From the NCBI RefSeq assembly GCF_000150275.1, contig NW_002060959.1:122371-186370 (forward strand): DNA of 64,000 nucleotides, given 5' to 3'. The translations under genes and the position numbers were made by a program. The DNA is from Trichoplax adhaerens. Taxonomy: Eukaryota > Animalia > Placozoa. The notes beneath the pieces are model-generated. The model saw nothing but the letters and a program-made list of their open reading frames with translations. It did not search any database and was not told the origin of the DNA. Shown one piece after another: positions 12,340 to 23,607 of the stretch; positions within the stretch are counted from its first letter, which is position 1; the number at the start of each line of letters is the position of its first letter.

Positions 12340-15300
12340 TCTGACTGATTCACAGTACCACGGCGCTCTACTCTTCTGTACTGTACACTATGTACTGTAG
12401 ACTCAGCGAGGGAGTCCTGTCTTGTGGCTAGTGGTGACCACTGACCCGGTGTCGTCACAGCCCCATCGACGTGAAGCTAGTGTAGAAGTAGTACAGTACT
12501 GTACACAAGTGCAGACAGTGCGCTAGAACGATCATGGATTCCAGTGGTAAGAGTGATCATAAAAATGTCCATTAAAAGCTACAATTAGAGTGAGCGAGGA
12601 ATCGGCTGGTTATTTCGAAAAGACACAGTGAGGAGCCTGTAGATTGTACACGAGATCGTCAACAGGTCGTGAGCAAGTATACAGCACAGTAGACACACAA
12701 CGATGTCTGTATGCTCGCGGACTGACGGACGATGACACTCCACATTCTGCCACTCGATGATGACCAGAGATCTTAGCCAGGAGCAATATTCAATGTCTGG
12801 TCATTCTCGGCCACTGTACATTTCCTATGACATGACAGATCCAGAAATGCTGGTGGAACGTTTTCACCGGCATTTTTGCATGTGTTACAGGGAAATGTTT
12901 GGGCCTACCGGTCATGGACTACGATCGCTATACAGTGCATGGATTAGTCCATCGTGAGATATAAAATGGACTGGATGATGTAATCCATCGCCGGAATCAT
13001 ATGGAATACAGTCAATTTGACGATGTTACAGTCTGTAACAGTATCATCGTGCGCTAAAAGAATGTCACCTGTATGTAGTCTATAGTAGTCTACAGGATGA
13101 CAACAATTGACTATAGACAATATGCTCGCAGAAAAATTCCCCACCCATGATGCTATCGATTGTTATCGCTGCTGCCAGTGCTGCTCAGTCAAATCGAAGT
13201 TAATCTTTCCATGGTTTTCTACACTATACTAAGTCTAGTATGTCAATGCCCCCCCAAAAAGATGACGAAATCGGCCCCAAAAAAATTTTTGCGGGGCTCT
13301 GCCTGCCAGCGCAACAACCCCTGTGGTGGCCATCATCCACTTAGGACTAATTCAATCGCTAATATCTCATCTAGACTGGAATAAAATGATGAAAAGGAGA
13401 TAGAAATGGATCTTCAATGTCGTATTCAAGGTGGCCACAGCAATAGCCATCCTAGAGGGTTATGGCTTACTGTCTAGCATTTGTATTCCATCGTTCCTCT
13501 TGTACAGTATTCATATTGACTCCATGATGTAATCGTATATTGATTCTTGTACAGTATCGTCGTCATGAAGGAAGAATGGAAAGAAAAAAAATAGTCGTCC
13601 AATTATTCTGGCCTAAATGGCTAGGATAAAACAATCCATGTTGGGAGAGGGCAAAGACAACTGCTATCCATTGAATACAGATAGAAAGGAATATTTCCCC
13701 TTCCTTTATCATTCATTTTCAATTTAGTTGTTACAGTAACACTTTGTCAGCCCAGAAGGTGATAATGACGATTTATCTCTCCAACATCATTAGTCCCAGC
13801 TGGATTGAAAAGCTATTCCATCTTGAGGCGCGAGCTGCTAATACAATGTACTTTATGATTGCATCATTCTTTTCAGCTGTCAAAGTTGGATAGAATTGTT
13901 GATGCATTTTTCGACCTTCCAGTTAGAGCCCTCAAGAATAAAGGGGCTCAGTAGACGAGTCATTGTAATAAAGCTGAACAAGTAAAATAGCCTCTCTGCT
14001 ATACTGTACAGTATTCAAAGAAAAAAGAAAAAAATTCAAATTGAATTTTCTCTATACTTGTATACTCGTACTGAAGATAGAAAGAAATCCCATTGCAGTT
14101 TTCAATAAGACAGTAGTGTACATTCTTGGAACTGAGCTGACCGAGTAAAATATCTAGTCTATTTCATGGATACTACTTCAGAAGAAGGCTACTCAACATC
14201 GGACTAGATACATCCTGGGCCACTAAAATGAGATAGCCAAGTCTAGTCATCGAGGTGTGATGTAGAAGACTTTGATGCAAAAGCTATAAATGTGCTATTG
14301 TCTCAACATTGATAAAAAATATTTTTTTCCACTAAAAGTACAGCCAAAGTGTTAGGCAGCCTAGGGTACGTGAAAACAGGAAAAAGGTACATTGCAAGAT
14401 GATGAGTAGACTAAGTAAAATTGGGACTGTCACTTAAGCGGTAGTGCCATATCATTTCTTCAAGCCAATAAACATCTTGTAGGATAAATTAAAAAAAATT
14501 TTGTTCGACTCTACCAAAGGTAATTTTGTTCAGGAATATGCAAATGAGCAACATTATTTTATCACTAACGCTAGCCTCCTGTCAACATTGCAAGTTCGTC
14601 TAGCTACTCCATCGATTCAAGTCTATTATTGGGAATGAGTTCCGATCTTTTGCAATAGCCCATTTGCAGCCAACATGCTTCCACAGAACATGCTGCTGAA
14701 CTAAAGTAAAGGAATTTGGTGAGTACATGTAGCAATCACTCGATTCCAATTCCTACGTCATCATTGCAAATGACAAAAAAAATTGGGGGAGTTTCGGTGG
14801 AAATGCCATCCAAGTATGGCTGAGCCCTGAACTTTTTGGACCTTCGAAAAGAACGATATAGTAACTGAAACTGCTACTAACAGCCCTGTTAGCCATTTAG
14901 CAGTAAAATTAAAAGCCATTATGTAACCCTGAACAATTATTTCGCAAAATTGGAAGCCCTTCAGATTGAGTACAGAAAAGTTAAGCTGCATTGATATAAG
15001 CCAATTTGGATACACCCGTCATGTAAAGTAAGAATACCCTAAGCCCCTAAATTAGCGATGCAATTGAAATTGAAGAGAAATATAAAATAGCTTACCTTTC
15101 TTATCTTCTTCTCTGTCACTTTTTCAGCAAAAAGAAATTGCACGATCTGATCAGATTGCTATTTGACTTGAATTCGGCCAAATAAGCTTGCAGGTAGCCA
15201 CGTTACTGTATCTAGCAATACAGTTGCGATAGCTAAGAAATTTTGAGGAGATTGCAAGCCAATTTATTGCATCAATATTAGATGACAGTATACTTACGTC

Positions 15301-17930
15301 CAACCAATCAGCTTATCGGTTGCTTAAAAATCACGCGCAATTATCAATAATAACCTGGAGAGGAGAAAGAAATGATGTTTACTTAATATTTTAATTTCTA
15401 TTCATAATTGACAGGACATACAAAGCAAATACATTTGAGATCAAAAGGCCAAAAAAAAGCGATGGCAATCGCCAGCCCCTTTGTCAAACTTTATTGCTTG
15501 ATAACGGCCAAAAAAAAAATTCAATTCTCTTTTTACTCTATTCGTTAAAGCTGTATGAGAAAATTTTACTTTCTTCACTGCTACAGAGTGATTCGAAAAT
15601 AGCATCAAGCCTTATCTACAGGCCAATTTTACCATCAACAGCTTGTATCAATTATTGATTAGCTCATTCTGTACGATGGCCATGATAATAATATCACTGG
15701 ATACACCTGTGTAAATCATTTTTCTTAGCAAGAGGAGAAATGACACGTTGATCTTGACGTCTCTTATTATTATTATTTTTTTTTCTCTCACTAGTACGAA
15801 GTACTAGTATACACTAAGCTTGAGGAAGACTGCATTCAAATACGGTTAAAAATTATCGTCTGATTTCCTACTCTGCATGTCTCCAAATGCACGTTACAAG
15901 ATTATTTACTGTCATTTGAACATATGTAAAGCTAGCATGGCCTTATCATTTGTCTATTTTATTACATAAAAGGATTCAAAAACATCTGCTCAAGGTCATA
16001 GTGAAGCTAATGGCAGCAAGCACGTTGCAACAAGCGTGATGAAGATGGCCGTCTATGGCTCCTTCAATGTGCTCTTGCTGTCGACAATTTCGACATGGAT
16101 GTTGTGTTGAAGAAAGATAGTCGATTACCCCCGCTAAGTTACGAGAACTGATTTTAAGATCTATGGATTGCAAATGATCATTTCCTCTATCACGATCCAA
16201 TTCTCTTGGCTCCAAACAGCCATTTGTATTATTTCAGTCAATAAAACGCAGCACCATTATTTATTTAATAACATCTTTTGCATCATGCTCCTCCCCTTAT
16301 TCCAAGTGATCGCCTATCCATTCTCCTCTCGGAGTAGAAATAATGACCATATTAACTCTTGAGTGTGTTGTACAGTCCTCATCGGGTTGGTTATGCTCTC
16401 CTGGACACCATATACGGATCAAAAGTCAATTTAAATGAGGCGGAAAAAAAAATTTTTTTTCCCTTCTTTTGAAATCGGTTGTGATCCATTACTCTTTTTG
16501 TAGCTTAGCCGCCATCCTCGTCCTTGATCATCCGGATGGTTTGGTAGCCGATTAATCTGGATTACAGACTGGATAATACATTTCCAAGGGAAAATGGCTA
16601 ATCCTATTTCAAGTTTTTTTTTTATTTTTTAATTTTGCTATATAATTGAATTTAATGCGTTTGACCATCCTGTCTATATTTCCGTAGAAGATGGCTTTTA
16701 AATAATATTATCATGTCTGATAGTGATGTTAATGATTACGCCATTGCAATAATAATAGGCGAATCATGATCGCTAGCGAGAACATACTGCACTAGCGTAT
16801 AAATCATTTAGCAAATACAATAGATAATCAAGAGAATTTCTGATGGAGAGTAAATAAATTCTCCATGTGGACGCCCATCTTGTCAAATCTGGTAATTTAT
16901 TTAAACAAAGGGTAGTGTTAGCCATAAATATTATTATGAATCAATATTCGTCAAGATAGAGTGATTGGATCGTATTTAATTACATAATCATCTGAACATG
17001 TTTTTTCCACAGATACTCTAATCCCTATGCTGGCTATGCACGACGTCATTGTCTACGAAAAAAATAAAAATTACTGCTAAAAAATCAAAGTCAGATTGAG
17101 CATCCAAGATAATCTCATGCGGATGCTCTTGAGCGAGGATCTTGTATGCAATCCTCCGTCAAGCCATGGATGAATCAACTGATTAACATCCAACTCTAAT
17201 AGCATTCCTTCTTACCAAGGAATAAAGCCTCTTCAATGATCGCCATATTAGCGATAGCTAGCAACACCCATCGCAAACAATCCTTACAATTAATCGATGG
17301 AATAAAAATTGTTCATTTCCCTACATCATAAGTTGCAGAAAGTCAAGTCCATTCAAGACTTGAAGTACGATTGGCTGAATGACATCATGTTCCCAACCCA
17401 TGCGTTCACTGCTCAGATGCTCAGACCTCTTCTAGCGTGATAATTAAAATAATCCAAAATAAAATCTGCTTACTGTTAAGCATGATAAACTACTATTAAC
17501 GTAGCAAGTAACGTTGATCACTTGCATCACATGCTGTCTTCGACCATCACCTGATCGTTAGAATCATTCAGTTACCATTTATGCAACCTGTTTTCTAGCC
17601 CAGTGGAAAAACATCCATTCAAGATAGACTAAGGACTTGAATAAGGCCGTTATCCAATGAGAAAAAAGAAAATTTCCAGTATTTATTCTAGCTCTACATA
17701 ACCTATCGTTTGAAAGGGAGAATAATGACAGTATCATGATCATCCAACTTGCAAACAACTTTTTTATACGTGTGTACTTAGCAGCATATTGTGCCTGTTG
17801 ACGGCGATCCGAATTGTTTAACTAGATCCAGTGTAGAACAACGGCCTTTTAATATGTTAATATTTCATCCGTTAGCTAAGACAAATTAAATTGGACAAAT
17901 AGAAATAATAATGCAATATGATGGACGTTG

Positions 17931-18670
17931 TAGGCTAAACCCATTATGCCAATTTGAGTCGTACTTTATTACATTCAATTTCCAGCAACAATCAAGCTCA
18001 AAAGATATCTAATGAGTAATCGTCTTACCTTTGCAATCAAGCAGATCATGGGCAATTTATTTTAACCAATAGCAATAATCATTTAGCTTGATCCAAGCTT
18101 TAGGCTAAATTAATTGTGCCAGTTTGAACCGTACTTTTATCGCATTCAATCTCAAGTAGCAATCAAGCTCAAAAGTGGACATAGCTGCACAATATACAGT
18201 AATCCGATGAGTAATCATGTAACCATTGCAATCAAACAGATCATGGTAAATTTAATTTGAACAAGTAAAAGTTAAAATACTACAGGAAATAAGTTGCAGA
18301 TTAAAGCAATCGCACCAATTAGAATCATGCATTGATCGCATTTAATCTCGAGCGACTATCAAGCTAAAACCATCTACAAGTGGCATTGTTGTACAGTAAT
18401 CTGATGAGTAAATTATACTACCATTGCCATGAAGCAGATCGTGGCAAATTCAATTCTGACTACTAAAAGTTAAAATACTACCGGAAATAAGTTGTAGACG
18501 AAAGCAATCGGACCAATTTGAGTCATACTTTTATCGTATTCAATCTCGAGCGACCATCAAGCTAAAAGGAAAGCATGATTGTTGTACAGCAATTCGATGA
18601 GCAATCTTGCTGCCTTCGCCATGACGTAAATCATGACAAATTCATTTTGATAAATAAAAGTTAAACTACT
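17931..18670. repeat. Degenerate tandem repeat, ~170-200-bp unit, 4 copies
   Basis: Recurring blocks ccaatttga..cattcaatctc..atcaagct..atgagtaat..cagatcatgg..aaaagttaaa. Confidence 0.85.
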
Positions 18671-18842
18671 GCAACTAGTGATTTCAATGGTGCAAGTACC
18701 TGATTCAATGTCATGTTGAGATGCGCATAATGTGAATCATGGCATTGATAGCTAGTGCAACCATGAAATTGCTCATCATAAACACCTTGGCCATAGACTG
18801 ATTAACTAGCAAAATGTTCTTGCTAAGCCCCATCATATCAAT

Positions 18843-19110
18843 CTCTCGTCTCGTTTTGTCGTTATAGTATGCTAGGAACTAAGCTAAAATTGATCATAAC
18901 GACTGATGATGGAAGAACTCGTTCTTGCTGTACATCACTCGCAATAACACCTTGTAATAGATTGATTATGCTGTAAAATATTAATGCTAATCTGTATGGA
19001 ATGAACCACTCGTCTCATTTTGCCGTTGTAGAAAGCAAAGAATAAAAACTATCTTTGATTTGATTGATAATGGAAGAACTTGTTCGCACTCGTTTTCAAA
19101 GTGTAACACA
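18843..19110. repeat. Degenerate ~165-bp duplication, 2 copies
   Basis: ctcgtctc(g/a)ttttg(t/c)cgtt ... atggaagaact(c/t)gttc occurs twice. Confidence 0.7.
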
Positions 19111-19586
19111 AGACGATTCTATATCAAGATAAACGAATGGTCAATTTTTTTGCATTGGAGAAGCAATATACTGCCGGTCGGCACCCCTCGGTGTTCTTGG
19201 AATAAATCGGATTTCCTGCTGCTTATTACCTCATATCGCGTAAGATCTCAAAAATTTCTGCTGCGCTATCACCAGGGTAATTTTATATCTTCTATTATTA
19301 TTGTTAACAGGCAATATTAGCGAGTTGTATTTGTACTATCGGTTCAAAATTTCCAATTTCAAATAAACATTGGTAGGAAACATTTCTATGTCTATTATGA
19401 GAGAAGCTTGCTCGTCTAGAAATTACGGTATCTAAGCAATATGATGATAAAATGATGATGATCATCATTTGAAACTCTATCTGAATACTATGATTACTGA
19501 TAACTGTCTATCTAACTCTTCCCATGATTCTTGAAAGTAAAGCTAATTACTTGTGATACCATGACAGATTTATTCCATAGTAAAAG

Positions 19587-19838
19587 AAAATAAACTACGG
19601 AAGTAACAGGTACCACCTCGTTGATTGACTGTTGAAAGCAAAGCGAACACAGCCGAAATAAACTACAGCAGTGCTACTCGTCGATTGACTCTGGATGGTA
19701 AAACGGAAAACAGCAAAACAGACTACAGCAGTGCTAATCTTCCATTAATTTTATTGATCGTAACACTAAGACAGCGAAATAAACTACAGCAGTTCTACTC
19801 GTCCATTTATTCTTGAAAGTAGAGCAAACTACTCGTCA
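19587..19838. repeat. ~60-bp minisatellite, 4-5 degenerate copies
   Basis: Core aaataaactacagcagt(g/t)ctactcgtc recurs at ~60-bp period. Confidence 0.8.
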
Positions 19839-22800
19839 ATTGCCTATGCCAGATACCCCAGTATCGAACTACATTTCGCTAAGAAAAGAAACTAGCTTAT
19901 ACAGTATACTGCAAGCGGAATAGTTATGCCATTCACTAAAGTCAACTTAACCGAAAAATTTTAAATCGATCCCGTCCGTGTAAGCCTATTAGACAAATAG
20001 ATCAACTTTATCGTCATCTTATCGATCCTAATTTTACTTAGGATAGAATGACATTAGTAATCGGTTGTGTTGGCTATCTCAAGACAAGAGATAGGATACC
20101 GTAAGTCTTGCAGGGACCTATTCTGCAACATAATACTGGTACGATCCATTAACATTAGCATTTAACCTAGACAAAAGAAATTTAATTAGCCATTCACTCT
20201 TTCTTTTCCAAAGTAATTAGGCTATTGATTAATATTAATAACATTAAATTATGATGCATTTTCTGACCTTGTATTGAACAATTATAAGGTCAACATGTAG
20301 TTCAATGCATACACATTTACCCTCCCACTTAAATTAAAAATGTGCTACACATTTACAAATTTTTTTCCCAGTCAGACTATTGGTTAATGAGCTACGATAC
20401 ATTTTTTTCAAAAATGAATTGGTTAAATCATTGGAAAGCTTCAGCAGCTCTATCTGCTGTCCACTCCATCTCTAATAATAATTCTTGGTAAGAGAAAAAA
20501 AAAGCGTTATGAACGGCTAGTAACGTAATTAATTCCTTCCTCTCCGTGCTCCATCTGTTTCCACCCTTTCTTTAAGCTACGTGACATCGTTTACTTGACT
20601 TCTTTATTAGCCTCGAGCTATTTCTTTTCACAATTTTGCCAACAAGTTAGATCATGCTCAACAATTTCATAAGCCATGAATAAATGCTATAACAGCAAGA
20701 TACTATTAGCATACAATAGACTGAAATTGATCATGACAACTTATTCTAGATCAAAATTGGATAACGCCGCGCCAAGTTTGCCACTGCAAGACTGCTGATT
20801 TCTTCCCAAATAATCATACTAATACCAATAGAAAATATGCCATATTTGAACGATTACACTATTGGATAGCAAGTTAGAAAGCAATAGGGGACTAACCTGA
20901 ACATCAATTAATTAATCGACAAGTGCATTGTATAAAACGGAGCAATCAGCTTAAATTATTGCCATCCTATATTGTTCTGTGAATGATTAATATCATCGTA
21001 ATAAATTCATACGAATTAATTGACCAATTAATCAAATTATTACCCTACATCGATAAATCCATCAATAAATATGATAATAAGCTGGTTATAGGATTGTTTA
21101 TTCACATTTTAACATATGGAATCATTCAATAAGCGTGACTAGAGGCTAACTTATAAGATAGGCTATCAATCGAGTATTTCTACGGGATATCAATCATCTA
21201 GTTTATATAGCGTATCGGTCTTTAATTATTATTTTCGGACAAGGGGGGAGGGGAGACAGCTAGATTCTGATCCAACGTCATTGCTAGCTTTAATAAACGA
21301 TGATTGAACCACGATTGATGTCAATAAGCTATTCATGGAGTATTTTAATTCTGTATGACTTTCCGTCTTACTTGTCGAGGCAATGTATTCTAGCTATCAC
21401 TATTTGATGAGTCGAGATTGATCAAATGCTCAGCCATGACTTGATCAAAGTAATGCCCTTTTGACTAATTCCATATGCCAATCGTAATCCGAATAATTTA
21501 GTATAATGGGTAGTCGAATTAACCTGGTAATCTTTTATTATATCATTGTGTAAATTAAATTATTATCCTCCTCTTTCATCGACGATGATCCTTATTATCA
21601 AAACAAAATATAAACTGATTGATCGTTGACAGTTATTTAATTCTAGTGATATATATTGCAATGGCTTTAAAGATAGCCTTTGAAAATGAGATATTCGGTT
21701 AACCGGAAGCAAAGGAAGATTTTAATGAACAAAGTTATGTTCCATGAAGGGCTAATATGTTTGTGATAAATATGAGATAAATTAGAAATTGATTGTACGT
21801 TTTATTTTCTAATGGAGAGTAATCATTTTGATGGGTTACCCAAACATTTTGAATCCAATTCGCTCGCTACAGTATTCAAAATTCGGTCTAGTAGCACTGA
21901 CAACAACTCTAGCCAACCGATAGATTAGCCAATTACTTTATCCTAGTAGATGCTTTATCCAAGCATCAAATAAGTTCAACGATGACCATAGCGTGTTCAG
22001 ATCAGTAATATCAAAGCCTACCATGTTGGTATGTTGCTGTGACTTTATTTATTTGCTGCTTATACAACCATCAACGTTAGTGTTAATTTTATATCAGGAG
22101 CCTTAAACAGTTTATGGACTTAAATAAGTTATTTTTACTAGCATTTTTCTCCATACAATAGACGATACAGAAGGCCTATGATATGTATTCTATGAATTCG
22201 AAGAGTTGCTTAGTCTTGATCTTGTTACTCGTTTAGATTAGTTTTGCGTTCTGTTACTCATCGGTTCCATCAATTTTTTTCCAACTAAATAAATTGATTC
22301 AACTGCTGCATCGATAAGTCTTATCCTTCATTTTAAATACCTCAGCATAAGATGGATGGATAAGAAATTGATCTTATATTTATAAATTGGTCAAGTGCAT
22401 CAACTTGGATTTGGGGCGTTGACATTTTCTGAATTAAATTGACTCGTTATTGCAATTAAAATTCAGTCTAAAATCATTTTTTTATAGCCTTTATTAATTG
22501 AATAATTAGCCGACACGTAGATTGATGAGCTACTGTATCATAACATGGCCCAGTGATACTGTATCCAAGCATCAAATAAGTTCAATATTCTCTAAAGTGT
22601 TGCTGTAAATCGAAATTTGTAGCGGCGATGAAATTTAAAACACTGCAGAAAAATAACTCTAGTAGTCTACTGTCAGATTTTTACTCTCCGATATCTACCT
22701 ATAGTACGACTGTGATACGGCAACCTTGTAATGTTAGTAGGAACTGTAACACCATTATTCTCGCTTAGACAAAACTAAACCTGAACTTTATTGACAGAAT

Positions 22801-23057
22801 CAGTCAATTTAAAGTAAATCTACTTCAACATTTATTATGATAATTAGTACTTAGATAACATTATCGAGCTATATAGTTATCTATTAAAAAATATGTCAAA
22901 CATCATAGATAAATCAATATAAACACATTCCAAGATAAATTATCTAGTGAAAACTGTGTTAAGCCAGCTATGCCAAAGTTACTCTGCAATAAGCGCATCA
23001 AATAGAATTAAATCTTAGCCTACTGTAAACAGACGATAAATTACCATCTTAAATCGG

Positions 23058-23607
23058 TGTAATGTAACTTAGTATTGTGATTGTAGACTGTTAGCCATGT
23101 GTAGTATAATGTACGGTAGATATTTATCCTAAGAGATATTTGGTAGCTGTAACTATAGACTGTAGTGGTAGAGACTCTATGCTAGAGTACAGATGACTAT
23201 ATACAGTAAGCTGTTGAGTTACTAATATGGCTATAGGTAAAAATAGAACTGTAAATCATATATTAGGATATGGTTAATTCATTGTACTTTGGCTGGTGTG
23301 AATAATGTCTACGTAAGTACTGTAGTCGTATCCATATTGGATTAATGATGGGCCGCAGTAGAATAGTCTTACTAAGAATAATTTAACTATGTGTAAAATA
23401 AGGTAAAAGGTTGCCATGCGGATTGTAGCTGCGAATGCTACGAAAAGTATAAAAGCATGCAACTTTAGATTATTCTGTTAGTTCGTTGTAGAAGTCTTTA
23501 GAAGTAGTATTCGGCTAGAGTAGAGCTGTGTAGTTAATCTTTGTATAAGATTCAATAAAGCCCTTATTTTTCTAAAATTTGGAATTTCGTGATTGGTATA
23601 TATCACA
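23058..23607 (+). mobile_element. Solo LTR (family A), 550 bp, intact
   Basis: TGTAATG...TATCACA termini; perfect 5-bp TSD ATCGG (23053-23057, 23608-23612); TATAAAA near 23448 and AATAAA near 23554; homologues at 762-1691 and 58613. Confidence 0.9.

Noticed and set aside
12000-13384. ORFs 12000-12458, 12757-12957, 12944-13144, 13160-13384
   Set aside because: No recognisable motifs or splice chain; expected by chance in GC-richer DNA.
18395-18440. Hammerhead ribozyme core (CTGATGA) in the 190-bp repeat; also CTGACGA on the minus strand near 1302-1308
   Set aside because: No GAAA after a stem II, and the core is not conserved in the other repeat units.
19587-19838. CRISPR array
   Set aside because: Repeats are degenerate, the spacer-like parts are related to each other, there are no cas genes, and the context is eukaryotic.
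23274-23462. 62-aa ORF
   Set aside because: Lies inside the solo LTR and is not preserved in the other copies.
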